A stretch of DNA of 64,000 bases from a virus. The translations under genes were made by a program, and so were the position numbers. This document shows, one piece after another, positions 8,684 through 19,346 of the stretch (within the stretch, counting starts at the first letter, position 1; every line of letters begins with the position of its first letter). The notes under the pieces were generated by a model that saw nothing but the letters and a program-made list of their open reading frames with translations, was not told the DNA's origin and searched no databases. The stretch lies in the IMG/VR virus record IMGVR_UViG_3300045988_122538. The stretch is one strand, 5' to 3'.

Positions 8684-11600
8684 ATGCCAGATACTAACAG
8701 TGAAAATACTAACACTTCTACAGGTGGTGCTGATATACTATCGTCTTTGAATAATTACTTCAATAGTACTACTGCAAGTAGGAATGATACTATAGCATTG
8801 TTGAAATCTATAGACCAAACCACTAAACAGATACTTCAATCCGGTGGTGGAATGTCAGCATCTAATGCACAAAACATGATGCCTGGATACCGAAGCAGTA
8901 ACACATATTTCCAAAGTCGTGCTGGATACAGTAGTCGTGGTGGCGGTAGTTCGTTTTCTAAATTCACTGACGGTCTAGAATCTGTACTACTAGATGAGTT
9001 AGTAGGTAGAGAATTCAAAGATAAACTTCGTGGTATACGTGATAAGTTAGCACGTGACATAGGAGTAAACATTGAAGATGTACCAAACGCATTAGGTAAA
9101 GCATTAGGCAGTAAGCTTGCTGGGGCTATAAAAAACACTGACATATTCAAAAATGTAATGGGCAGTGTTCGTTCATATGGTGGTGGTCTATACACCCGTA
9201 TGCACGATGCATATGTTAATGGGCGTAATGCAAGCTATACTAAAGCTACTGGTAAAGCTTTTAATGCTTCTAGTACAAGTGCATCTGCATTCCGAAGTAT
9301 TTTAGGTGGTAGCGGTACTAAAACATCTACTGGAGGTTCTGCTGCATTCAAAACAGCTAATTCATCTGCATTTAGTATGAATGTTCATACTGTTATATTA
9401 AAAGCTGATCAGTTGATTACTACTTCAGATACAGATCAATTTGGTGATGCATTATCTAACATATTTGACTTGATAACAGGTAGTAGTACATCTGCAGGGG
9501 CATCAGGAGCAGCTGGAGCTGGAGCAGCTAAGGTTGGAGCAGCTGGCGCTGGAGCTGGAGCAGTAGGAACTGGAGCTGGAGCAGCAGGAGCTGGAGCAGG
9601 TCTAGTAGAAGCAGGAGCTGGAGCCGGTCTAGTAGAAGCAGGGGCAGCATTATCAGGTCTAGCTTCAGTTGTTGTAGCAGCTCTCCCTGAAATTTTAATT
9701 GTAGTAGCCGCTATAGCTGCTGTTACACTTGCATTACGTGCACTTGAACCTGCAGTAGAAAATACTAAAAAGCTGCTAAGTTCGTTAGAGAAAGCAGCTG
9801 ATCGTTATGAATCTAGTAGAGAAGCTAGTTTAGAAGCAGCAGAAGCTAGAATGAAGGCTGACTTTGAAACAATGGTCAGAAAGCCTTTTGAGATTTTAGA
9901 AGAAGCTGCACAGAATCTATATGATGCATGGGACCAGAATGTAAGAATCATCAATGGTACTCAAGGATATAACAAGGATGAGTTATATGAGTTGATGGGT
10001 GACTTCGCAAATCGCTTACGTAGTGAAGGTCTTGAAAGAGTTGTTAGTACCGATACTGTTACTAACAATTTAGCAAAGGTTCTTGAATCTGGTTTAAGCG
10101 GTCAAGTTGCAGAAGAGTTTGCATATCTTGCTACTAAACTGAATGCAGCTATCCCTACTCAAGATTTCTTTGAGTATGCAAGCACATATAGCTCAATCGC
10201 TGCTAATGCAATTCAAAAAGGTTCCTCTCAAGCAGATGCTATCGAGTATGCTAACAATCAACTTGAATCTTTCGCTAGTAACTTACTATATGCAAGTAGA
10301 GAAATATCAGGTGGATTTACAACCGGTCTGCAAAATGCGAACGAATTATTTCAACAATCTGTTCAGATAGCTCAAGCAAGTAAAACAAACAACGCTTCTG
10401 AAATATCTGGTGTTATGACTGCTGTAGCGTCTATAGTAGGTGCAGTCGCTCCTGACCTTGCAACTTCTATGACAGATGCTATATACAAAGCAGCAACTGG
10501 TGGTAATAGTTCTGAGATTGTAGCACTACGTTCACTTGCAGGTATCAATGCGTCTAATACTGAATTTCTAAAAAAACTAGCAGAAAATCCACAGAAGGTA
10601 TTCACTTCACTATTTGAGAATCTTGGCAGCATGCAAAAGATGTCAGAAGATGCTTACATGGAAGTAGCTGAGGGCTTATCTAGTGTATTTGGTGTATCTA
10701 TGGATGCGTTTGCTCGTGTAGATTTCAACTATCTTGCACAGGCTATTTCATCTATGAATACATCTAATGGTGCATTGAATGAAAACTTAGAGTTACTTGC
10801 ATCTGGTGAAACTACTACAAGTGCTGAACAACTTAGAATGCAGCAAATCAATGAATATATGTGGGAGGAAGGACTTGCATATGTAATGGACAATGCTGCT
10901 GCTAGAGAAATTCAGAAACACATGTGGGATGAACAAATAGCAAAGGAGCTCATGGAATCTACATATGGTGTAGAGATTGAGGGTGCAGCACTTGAATTCC
11001 TAGAAGGTATACGAAAGACTATTGATAACATACTTGGATTCTTGAACCCATTCAAAGTTCTGAGTAAAGTTGCAAATGTAATAGGAAGTATATCTGAAGC
11101 AAGAGCACAAGATGTTGATGTTACACAGATGCTCGAATTAGGTAAGCTTGGTGGGGGCAACGCTCGAGCACTTTATAATTTAACTACAAGAAATGCAGAT
11201 CTTAATTTGACTGAAAATCTAGTAGACCTGATGGGTGGTGTATCAGAATACAACATTGCATCTACAGGTCGTAAACTTGTAAGCGATCTTCTATATACAG
11301 GATGGAATAGTTCATTTGATGCTACTTACGGTGGACAAGGTCTGAATGCTTTATATGCACTAGTATCTTCAGGTGCAGGTAAAGCTGGTAGAGCTTTATC
11401 GTCAATGTTTAGTGGTAAGTCTGCATATAGTTGGGGGACCATTGGTAAGAGCACAGCTAACGCATTATCCACAGCTGCTAACTCATACACATATACACCT
11501 AGTGGATTAGCTAAAATATCGGAACAAGCTACTCAAGCATCTTCAACAGCACAAGCACAGCAGAAAGCAACAGCTCAATTAACTGCTATGTTGCAGTCTA

Positions 11601-12202
11601 TGGATGATTATGTAGCACAGGCTACAGCTAATGGTGAATCGGCTGATTATGATGACTGGGTGAAGTCATCTTCTTCTGCAAATCATATATCTGATTTCTC
11701 AGCAGCATTACAAGATGCAGGTTTAACAGAGGAAGCTGTTAGATCTCAATTCGATGCAGCTACTACACAAGCAGCACAAACAGCTGAAAAAGAACGTAAA
11801 CTTAGAGAAGAGAAATTCTGGACTGATACAGTGGATCTGTTAACTGTAAATAATACAATCCTTCAAGATATATTCGACAAACAAGCTGAATTCTTCCAGT
11901 CAGTTGTGGATTACTTCATAAACCATCTAGTTTATTCAGATTCTTACAGTCATGAAGATGTAACAAAAGTTCAGAAGAGAGAAAAGAGTAAATCTGAAAC
12001 AGCAATATATGCATTAGCACAAGCACTTACACAGAACACTACAGATTTACTTGATCCAACAGTGCAGACAAACACATTATTAGCTCAAATATTGAAACTT
12101 GTCAATGTACTTGTACAACAAGGTAGCTTAAATACAGAATCTGGTGCTATGTCTAACATACTATCAAACATGGCAACAGGTAATTGGGAGATTAAGGTAT
12201 AA
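8684..12202 (+). CDS. tail tape measure protein
   Basis: Track frame 8627..12202. ATG 8684 follows AGGAGGTG. More than 1100 aa, with an Ala/Gly repeat tract followed by a hydrophobic segment and long helical regions. Lies downstream of tube and chaperone. Confidence 0.8.
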   Translation: MPDTNSENTNTSTGGADILSSLNNYFNSTTASRNDTIALLKSIDQTTKQILQSGGGMSASNAQNMMPGYRSSNTYFQSRAGYSSRGGGSSFSKFTDGLESVLLDELVGREFKDKLRGIRDKLARDIGVNIEDVPNALGKALGSKLAGAIKNTDIFKNVMGSVRSYGGGLYTRMHDAYVNGRNASYTKATGKAFNASSTSASAFRSILGGSGTKTSTGGSAAFKTANSSAFSMNVHTVILKADQLITTSDTDQFGDALSNIFDLITGSSTSAGASGAAGAGAAKVGAAGAGAGAVGTGAGAAGAGAGLVEAGAGAGLVEAGAALSGLASVVVAALPEILIVVAAIAAVTLALRALEPAVENTKKLLSSLEKAADRYESSREASLEAAEARMKADFETMVRKPFEILEEAAQNLYDAWDQNVRIINGTQGYNKDELYELMGDFANRLRSEGLERVVSTDTVTNNLAKVLESGLSGQVAEEFAYLATKLNAAIPTQDFFEYASTYSSIAANAIQKGSSQADAIEYANNQLESFASNLLYASREISGGFTTGLQNANELFQQSVQIAQASKTNNASEISGVMTAVASIVGAVAPDLATSMTDAIYKAATGGNSSEIVALRSLAGINASNTEFLKKLAENPQKVFTSLFENLGSMQKMSEDAYMEVAEGLSSVFGVSMDAFARVDFNYLAQAISSMNTSNGALNENLELLASGETTTSAEQLRMQQINEYMWEEGLAYVMDNAAAREIQKHMWDEQIAKELMESTYGVEIEGAALEFLEGIRKTIDNILGFLNPFKVLSKVANVIGSISEARAQDVDVTQMLELGKLGGGNARALYNLTTRNADLNLTENLVDLMGGVSEYNIASTGRKLVSDLLYTGWNSSFDATYGGQGLNALYALVSSGAGKAGRALSSMFSGKSAYSWGTIGKSTANALSTAANSYTYTPSGLAKISEQATQASSTAQAQQKATAQLTAMLQSMDDYVAQATANGESADYDDWVKSSSSANHISDFSAALQDAGLTEEAVRSQFDAATTQAAQTAEKERKLREEKFWTDTVDLLTVNNTILQDIFDKQAEFFQSVVDYFINHLVYSDSYSHEDVTKVQKREKSKSETAIYALAQALTQNTTDLLDPTVQTNTLLAQILKLVNVLVQQGSLNTESGAMSNILSNMATGNWEIKV
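9584..9637 (+). repeat. tandem 27-nt repeat inside the Ala/Gly tract of the tape measure
   Basis: GCAGGAGCTGGAGC[A/C]GGTCTAGTAGAA occurs twice (26/27 identical). It sits within a GCTGGA-type low-complexity run at roughly 9497-9650. Confidence 0.85.
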
Positions 12203-12211
12203 CCTTCTATA
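12201..12211 (+). promoter_or_regulatory. AACCTTATATA-box variant (AACCTTCTATA)
   Basis: One-mismatch copy directly after the tape-measure stop, 37 nt upstream of ATG 12248. Confidence 0.3.
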
Positions 12212-12247
12212 TTTATAAACATATCAATAGGGCGGAGGTAAAATTCT

Positions 12248-15061
12248 ATGAATTTTGTTAGATTTCCAGTAAGTGCAACAAATATATTCCCTATAGCTAA
12301 TACTAAGAAGGGCGGTCAGTTAGTAACTGAATTCAACCTTCGTTGTATAGATAGTGTAAGTACAGATGAATCTATTCAGTATATGGTGGGTCCGTCTTTT
12401 GTGCATGGTGCTTCTGATTTTGAAGTTAAGTGTCAAGGTTCTACAGGTTCATTCTTTGCAGACCAAGATGATATATCAGGTTCAACATCTGTGATAACAA
12501 TAATGCCAGGTAGAGGTGTTATCAATGGTCACTTTGTAGAGCTTCTAACACCGATTGAAGTTGATATGACTGAGGCATATGCTTTAGCTACTAAGAATGG
12601 TGAGAATTTCAGCGGTTCACTTGCAATTGGACTGAAAGCAATGTATAGCACAGAAACTACATTGGCTGGTGCACTATTGCCTGAGTCTGTTGCAAAGATC
12701 AATGTAGATAATCCTGAAGATAGCATAAGTTCTTTATATGAAGGTATTCAAGTTGTTATACTACCTGTAGAAGAATTTATACTTCCAATTGATTCTCCGT
12801 CTGATGTATCGCAAGTAACAGCACATATCAAGTTAGCAGAATTTACATACATCAATGGTGCAGTAAAGGGTCTGACTAATAACTATCCTGCAAAATGTAT
12901 CATGTTACCTGCAAGTAGAGTAGGTACTATAGGGAATGGAGATAGTAGTGCTTCAAGTGAGTTCATTAGTAAGAAAGGGCTTGATCCAAAGAAGCTATAT
13001 ACATATGCGGGGTATAGTACTAAGGTAAATGCTGATGGTACTCCTGTAGTAGCTGATACTTGGTGCGATTCTATGGATTCTTTGATGGTATGGGATGCAG
13101 ATCCTAAACTTGTAACTAAGGGTTCTGAAGAAGATATTCAACCGTACAATGAGGCTACATTTGGTGTTTCTGGTAATCGTGTTCAGCTGTTCTTACCTCA
13201 TAAACAGCCTGATATCAATGGTAAGGAATTTATCACAGATCAAACTGGTGCTCCTCAACGATACAAAGCAAAAACATATCCATTACCTGTAGCAGACTTT
13301 GTAAATGGTACTCCAGGTACAGTTGACTCTAAGTATACTAACAACATCAAGAACATCAAAAATATGATATTCAATTTGTATAACCTTGCACAAGTTAAAG
13401 GTGTACAAAGAGCATATATTGAGAACTTAAAATTTGATGATAACGGTGAAAGACCTCTTCCTGAAATCAATTCAAAGTGGGAGGTAGGAGACTATGTTCT
13501 TGTAGGTACAGATGATACTGTAAATGAAACCACAGAAACTGTTACTACATGGATACGCAACCCATCTACTTTATATGTTGTAATTCCAGGAATTGTAAAT
13601 CAGATTGCAACTGCTGGTGGTCTTGCTAAACCTGAAGGGCTTGAGCTAGCACGAAAGGAATTAACACCTGAAGATGCTACTCAGTTAGGTATCACAGATA
13701 AATTACATGTTAATGATGATGTATTGTTATCTGTTTTTGGTTATGATACACAGTCATACAGAGGGCTTGTAAATTCTGATTATTTTACTATCGAATATCT
13801 AGATGATACTGGTATTGTAACTACATATGTATACTACAGAGTAGCAGCTACATCTGAGAGAGAATATACTGTACCACCAATTATGCTCACAGGTCAAATA
13901 CCATTAGCATCTACATCTCAAATCGGTGGATTCATTGATGTAGAAGAAACTGCATTAGATCAAGGATATGTACACATTGATAGCAATGGTAATCTTGTTT
14001 TACTAGATTACGCATTATTGCGTACAGGTGTTTTAGCATATCAGCTTGGCGAAGATTTTACAACCCCTGCTGGTATAAGCTATGAAGAGGTTCAGTCATT
14101 GCTCAATGAATATGTTAATGAACGAGTTGCATTTCCTAATGCTTCTCATATTGAAAAGTCTGAACATCCTCATGTTATCTATATCAATCTCAACTTATCT
14201 AAATCCGAAGAACTTGTTACACTCAACCTTGGTGACATCGATTCAAGATTTGGTACATCTATATGTGTTAACATCTACGGTGAAGTAGATTCTAACACAA
14301 CTATCAACATCAGTAATTGTGAGAAAATCCGTATTGGTAATATTCCGATATCTACAAATGGTGGTCCTCAAATCAATTTGTATCGTTGTAACTTGTATTA
14401 TGATTCTGGTGTACTCAATTGGGTACGTAATATTGAAAATCTTGAATTATGGTATGAGAAGTATGCAGTTGATGGAGAAGACCTATCTACCCTGCCAGAC
14501 CTTATGGTTGATGGGTTGACTGTTACAGAGATTGGAATTCCACCTGTAGGTCAAGATGTAGGTTACTGGACAGAGGATACTCCTAACGATAACCATTTCA
14601 GATATGCTTTGAAGAGTGTAACATTTGATACACACGGAATGGTTACAGGTTGTTCTGTTCTTATCAAAAATTCAAGTACAGCTAATGTAGAAACTGGTAA
14701 AGTTATAATCTCAGGAAAGTGTGATTTCCCAACTGGTAATGGTCTTGATATGCCGTTAGCTCGTATTGATAAGCCAGTAAAGATAACTGGTGATTTTGTA
14801 GTAGCGTATTCATCAATGTATGATAGTACTTCAAAGCGAATGCTTGTTCAAGATACAAAATTCACAATGATTACTCCATATTATGATGGTCTTGATATTG
14901 CAAACAATAAAGCAGGTACACTTGTAGATGGTAAGATTCATTTTCTCTGTGATGTATTCTATATATCTAGAACAGAGGGGTTAGATCCTGCTACAACAAT
15001 GTCGCTTGATGGTTGGGATACACAAACTTATCATAGATTTGAAGGATATACTCTTTCTTAA
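12248..15061 (+). CDS. large virion structural protein (tail tip/baseplate)
   Basis: 937-aa ORF with a GGAGG RBS, immediately downstream of the tape measure. No motif recognised. Confidence 0.45.
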   Translation: MNFVRFPVSATNIFPIANTKKGGQLVTEFNLRCIDSVSTDESIQYMVGPSFVHGASDFEVKCQGSTGSFFADQDDISGSTSVITIMPGRGVINGHFVELLTPIEVDMTEAYALATKNGENFSGSLAIGLKAMYSTETTLAGALLPESVAKINVDNPEDSISSLYEGIQVVILPVEEFILPIDSPSDVSQVTAHIKLAEFTYINGAVKGLTNNYPAKCIMLPASRVGTIGNGDSSASSEFISKKGLDPKKLYTYAGYSTKVNADGTPVVADTWCDSMDSLMVWDADPKLVTKGSEEDIQPYNEATFGVSGNRVQLFLPHKQPDINGKEFITDQTGAPQRYKAKTYPLPVADFVNGTPGTVDSKYTNNIKNIKNMIFNLYNLAQVKGVQRAYIENLKFDDNGERPLPEINSKWEVGDYVLVGTDDTVNETTETVTTWIRNPSTLYVVIPGIVNQIATAGGLAKPEGLELARKELTPEDATQLGITDKLHVNDDVLLSVFGYDTQSYRGLVNSDYFTIEYLDDTGIVTTYVYYRVAATSEREYTVPPIMLTGQIPLASTSQIGGFIDVEETALDQGYVHIDSNGNLVLLDYALLRTGVLAYQLGEDFTTPAGISYEEVQSLLNEYVNERVAFPNASHIEKSEHPHVIYINLNLSKSEELVTLNLGDIDSRFGTSICVNIYGEVDSNTTINISNCEKIRIGNIPISTNGGPQINLYRCNLYYDSGVLNWVRNIENLELWYEKYAVDGEDLSTLPDLMVDGLTVTEIGIPPVGQDVGYWTEDTPNDNHFRYALKSVTFDTHGMVTGCSVLIKNSSTANVETGKVIISGKCDFPTGNGLDMPLARIDKPVKITGDFVVAYSSMYDSTSKRMLVQDTKFTMITPYYDGLDIANNKAGTLVDGKIHFLCDVFYISRTEGLDPATTMSLDGWDTQTYHRFEGYTLS

Positions 15062-15076
15062 TTTGGAGGCGGTTTG

Positions 15077-15712
15077 ATGTATATACATGACCTTATCAAA
15101 ATACATTTAGTTAGAGAGGGTTATCTTCCTAACTATCCATACCATCTCATATCAGATGCTGAAATGTGTGATGCATTTTTTAACGAAGAAGATGAGTCAA
15201 AAAGCTATTTCCATGTTACATATCCACGTAGCATGGCATCATACTTAAGCGAGCCTTATGTATTGAAAGATTGTAAGGGTAAGCCTATTCTTGATAAGGA
15301 TGGAAATCAAATTGAAGAGACGCCATATGAGGGCCTAGAGCGTGTCATTCGTTATTATATGAATAAACTCAAAACTACTAAGGACGATACATGTGTATTG
15401 CCTGATTGGGTTTATTCATATATGTTAGGCTCAGTAATAAGCATTCAAAGTGATCCTTTAGATGTTCATGATCTAATCAAACCATTAGGTGCAGATAACA
15501 TAGATGATGAATTCACTCCAGAGGCTGCTTTAGCTTGTTATAAAACAAGTAAGTTATGGATACGAAATACACTCATTGATGTTTGGGAGCATAATGCTAA
15601 TGGTGTAAAGTCTACAGATTGTCCTGGATGTCAGAATCTAAGACCACCTACGATGTTTGGTGAGCCTCATATCATAAAGAGTATCCGGTTATCTGATGCG
15701 TCTCCGATATAA
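15077..15712 (+). CDS. hypothetical protein
   Basis: Track frame 15074..15712. ATG 15077 follows GGAGG. Confidence 0.6.
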   Translation: MYIHDLIKIHLVREGYLPNYPYHLISDAEMCDAFFNEEDESKSYFHVTYPRSMASYLSEPYVLKDCKGKPILDKDGNQIEETPYEGLERVIRYYMNKLKTTKDDTCVLPDWVYSYMLGSVISIQSDPLDVHDLIKPLGADNIDDEFTPEAALACYKTSKLWIRNTLIDVWEHNANGVKSTDCPGCQNLRPPTMFGEPHIIKSIRLSDASPI

Positions 15713-15726
15713 AGGAGTGATGACAT

Positions 15727-16722
15727 ATGCAATACTTGAAGATAACAGAGTCTACTACATTGTCTGAGTTAATATCACAAGTAGGTGCTCGTAATGTAGA
15801 CGCTATTCTGTCATTAAATATGATAGAACGTACACCTAACATCGGAGCTGCATATACAGCTAATTTTGATTCAGCTCAATCTCGTGAGTCTGTAAAATCT
15901 CAGACAAAGATTACACGTCTGAATACAATGACTTCTGATTCTGATGTATTTGAAACTGCTTTATTATTAAGCGAAAGCGGCTGGAAATACTTAGAAGCAA
16001 CTGGTAGTTTACCTGGTACGCTTAAGATACCTGAAACAATAACGCTACCAAGTTCGACATCTATACTCGGTGATGGTCAACCAGTATCTCGTGTAACTTA
16101 TGATAAGACAGTTGCTATGCTCAAAGCGTCAGCTTCAATAGATCCTTCTGTACTCAACGAGTATAGTTCACGTAAAGGATCAACAATTGTAGACACTACT
16201 GCATCAACTGGAACTATTCAATGGTTCAAATTACCATGGGGACTCATAACATTACATTCTTCATTGAGTGATAAATCTGTTGATTTTCCTGTTTATCCAG
16301 ACGAGTTTGAAGATGGTATCAAAGCTAACTACGAAAATATGCCAGATACGCTGTATCAATATGAACCTTGGCAGATATACAAAAGTTCAGGACCTAGAAC
16401 TAACACGTATACATTCAAGATGCACAGAGATATGTGGACTGGTGATCACAGAGACGGTAAATGCAATGAACTTATACGTTTCTGTCAAGCTAATTGCTAC
16501 CCACTATTTCAAGGAGCTGCTGTACACACATCAACAGTTACTTTGTATATTGCAGGGGATCCAATCATTTCTGGTATAATGACTGATGTCAAAACATCAT
16601 TTGATGGTCCTATTGGACTTGATGATTTTCCACTCGTATGTAAGTTAAGTATAACAATCACAGAGGTATCACCTGAACCTTTGAACTATACTAAAGTATT
16701 AGAGAAAGGGTTGATTGGATGA
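15727..16722 (+). CDS. hypothetical protein (baseplate module)
   Basis: 331-aa ORF with an AAGGAG RBS. N-terminus is weakly LysM-like (TLSELISQVGARNVDAILSLN). Confidence 0.55.
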   Translation: MQYLKITESTTLSELISQVGARNVDAILSLNMIERTPNIGAAYTANFDSAQSRESVKSQTKITRLNTMTSDSDVFETALLLSESGWKYLEATGSLPGTLKIPETITLPSSTSILGDGQPVSRVTYDKTVAMLKASASIDPSVLNEYSSRKGSTIVDTTASTGTIQWFKLPWGLITLHSSLSDKSVDFPVYPDEFEDGIKANYENMPDTLYQYEPWQIYKSSGPRTNTYTFKMHRDMWTGDHRDGKCNELIRFCQANCYPLFQGAAVHTSTVTLYIAGDPIISGIMTDVKTSFDGPIGLDDFPLVCKLSITITEVSPEPLNYTKVLEKGLIG

Positions 16723-17279
16723 GAACAAGTTCTGATTTGACTTATCAAGAGAAAGAAGATATAAAGAAATATCAAGATGAACATGGTATAAAGCAATATC
16801 AAGAGGGAAAAGCTCTAGAGCAGTATCTTGAGAAAAAGAATATACCATTTTATAAGCCTATATATTATGATACGCTTGTACCATATCAGACAATTGAGCA
16901 TACAGGTATTCAGTATAATGTTTGTTATGACTTTGACCATATCAGCAGATACAAAGGTCTACGACAGCTTACACATAATCCGGGTGACGAAGATAGATTC
17001 ATAACACTGGAAACACCTAATCCGATATTAAGTAATGCAAAGTTCAAATATTATGATGTACCTCGTATGGAAGAAAATCGCCTTGACCTTATTGCATATA
17101 AGTTCTATGGTTCTGCACAGTATAGTTGGATAGTAGCGTATTTCAATGGTATTGAAGATGGATTCACAGTAAGTGAAGGTCAACGATTGAGGATATTAGA
17201 GAACTTCACAGATCTATTCAACAATGGAGAGCTGCTTGCAGCTATACCAGCATTACAGCTAAATTTAGGTTCAGAATAA
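16719..17279 (+). CDS. LysM-like tail protein (P2 gpX / XkdP-type)
   Basis: YYDVPRMEENRLDLIAYKFYGSAQYSWIVAYFNGI fits the LysM pattern. ATGA overlap with the upstream gene. Confidence 0.55.
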   Translation: MRTSSDLTYQEKEDIKKYQDEHGIKQYQEGKALEQYLEKKNIPFYKPIYYDTLVPYQTIEHTGIQYNVCYDFDHISRYKGLRQLTHNPGDEDRFITLETPNPILSNAKFKYYDVPRMEENRLDLIAYKFYGSAQYSWIVAYFNGIEDGFTVSEGQRLRILENFTDLFNNGELLAAIPALQLNLGSE

Positions 17280-17313
17280 TTCGTGTATACTTCATAGCAG
17301 GAGGTGATAATTC

Positions 17314-18771
17314 ATGAAAAAACAGCCATTTGTAAATTTCACACTTGCTGGTGTTAACTTAACAGAGTTTGGTCTAAAAATTCCTAATCCAGTATCATCA
17401 CTAGACGTTGCTAACAGTGAAATTGCTAGTATGACATCATGGACACTTAACTGTGTTGTAGGCGGTGATACAGATAAGAAAATAAATGTAGCTGCATTTG
17501 AAGCGTTGTTATATAGTGCTGCACAGTCCGCAAGTCAGTATGCTAATTCAAGTGGTATACCGGTTGCATTTATTTTTGGATGGTTAGATGAGTATGGTAA
17601 TGTTGCAGAGTATAAATCATATCAAGGATTCACATTGAAATTCAATGTTACTACAAACGGTATGTATATGCAGTATAAGTTAACAGGATATGCTACACTA
17701 TCGTTACAAAGTAGTATGCCTGTACTTAGAATACCAGCAATAAGCGGAATTGTTCAACCATCTGCTATTGTAGTAGCACTCGCACAATCTACCAAAGCTA
17801 CATCTTACTATGAACTAGATGTAGATAGAAATGATGCACCTACATTAGTAAGTCATGGTCCTCTTACTACAAGCTTCAATAAGTATGTTAGAGGAGAATT
17901 CACTGGGGAAGATGATTATGATGATTTTCCAGGACTTCTACCGTTATCTAAATCGTATAGTGCATCTAAAGATGCTGCTGGGTTGAAATATCCATACAGA
18001 AAATTGAGCCAGATAATGAATAATGTATCTATATCACCAGTAAGTGATTTCCTCAAAACAAGTAATGTAGATACAACCCCTCAATGTTCTTCGTTTAGTT
18101 ACTGGGTAGATGAACCTACTATGACACGACCTGGTGTTATACATTATAAGAGTAATGCAGGACTTACATCTGCACAGAGTAAAGATATACTTGAGTTTGG
18201 GACATCTAACACTAACATACTATCATTAACTGGTACATATGATGGTGTAGCATATAACATGTCGAACATGAATTTCACTCAAGTTGGTTTTGCTGTAGAT
18301 GGCAGTGGTAACACTATAATGCAGGGTGCAGAAGTCGTCAATAGCTGGAGCAGTTCATTAGCTCAAGTGTTCCAATCTGCTAACATTATCAATGATATAA
18401 ATGCCCTTGCAACGCAGTTCAGTGGTGATTTTGCTGTTACTATTCCAGGTGCTGTAAAGCAATATGAATTAGCTCAGCCTGTATCGTTGTTAGTTATGAT
18501 GGGTGGTACACTGTCACCTATTTCAGGAATCTACAGTGTAATATCTGTAAGTCATACTATCAGCACAACATTCTTAACTACATTGAAATTACAGCGACTA
18601 GTAATGAGTAGTGCAAATCAAGTAGCAACTTCTCAAGGAATATATGTAGCTGGTAGCGGAAATTATGCTCCATCATCTTACAGCACTACAAAGAATATAA
18701 TTACTCCTTATAAAGTAGACCTAGGTGATATGTATCCAAACTTTGAGCATATGTCTACAGTGTCTTTATAA
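17314..18771 (+). CDS. putative baseplate hub protein (gpD/XkdQ slot)
   Basis: 485-aa ORF with an AGGAGGTG RBS. Follows the LysM protein as in PBSX/P2-type modules. Positional inference only. Confidence 0.4.
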   Translation: MKKQPFVNFTLAGVNLTEFGLKIPNPVSSLDVANSEIASMTSWTLNCVVGGDTDKKINVAAFEALLYSAAQSASQYANSSGIPVAFIFGWLDEYGNVAEYKSYQGFTLKFNVTTNGMYMQYKLTGYATLSLQSSMPVLRIPAISGIVQPSAIVVALAQSTKATSYYELDVDRNDAPTLVSHGPLTTSFNKYVRGEFTGEDDYDDFPGLLPLSKSYSASKDAAGLKYPYRKLSQIMNNVSISPVSDFLKTSNVDTTPQCSSFSYWVDEPTMTRPGVIHYKSNAGLTSAQSKDILEFGTSNTNILSLTGTYDGVAYNMSNMNFTQVGFAVDGSGNTIMQGAEVVNSWSSSLAQVFQSANIINDINALATQFSGDFAVTIPGAVKQYELAQPVSLLVMMGGTLSPISGIYSVISVSHTISTTFLTTLKLQRLVMSSANQVATSQGIYVAGSGNYAPSSYSTTKNIITPYKVDLGDMYPNFEHMSTVSL

Positions 18772-18791
18772 TATGTGGAGGTAAATTATCA

Positions 18792-19346
18792 ATGGCAATC
18801 TATAAGAAACTTTCTTATTCAATACTTACAAGATCAGCTACTAACATACTAGTTCCATACATATCTAATGACCAAGATGATTGGTACAAAGTATATGGTG
18901 GTTATCATACAGGTTTAGATATAGAAGGGTCAGAAATATACTCATTCCAATCCGGTGTCGTTACTCAGATTGGTGATATGGGAAATGGCCTATGTTCTGT
19001 TGTTATTCAATATACCGCTAAAACATCCCTCAGATATGCAAATATGTCTAGTACTTGCATACATGAGGGTGATGTTATACGTCAAGGTCAAATGATAGGT
19101 GTTGCTAAGAAGTTTGTGCATTTTGAATACCTAACTTCTGAAAAAGAAGATTCTATGTGGCCCGTAAGAGTAGGATCTAATACTTATTTCAAACACAACC
19201 CTGAATTACTTATTGATGGAACAGTTAAACTAGATGCTAATGACTGGTCGCAGATTCAAAGAGCTGATACAACTAGTATACCATATGCACTCAGAGAGTC
19301 ACAGAAATCTGAATTTGGTGTTAATGGTAAGGAGGATTCTGAATAA
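18792..19346 (+). CDS. M23-family peptidase-like protein
   Basis: GGYHTGLDI gives the HxxxD motif, and VHFEY sits where the HxH motif is expected, so the site may be degenerate. GDVIRQGQMIG loop is also present. Confidence 0.6.
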   Translation: MAIYKKLSYSILTRSATNILVPYISNDQDDWYKVYGGYHTGLDIEGSEIYSFQSGVVTQIGDMGNGLCSVVIQYTAKTSLRYANMSSTCIHEGDVIRQGQMIGVAKKFVHFEYLTSEKEDSMWPVRVGSNTYFKHNPELLIDGTVKLDANDWSQIQRADTTSIPYALRESQKSEFGVNGKEDSE

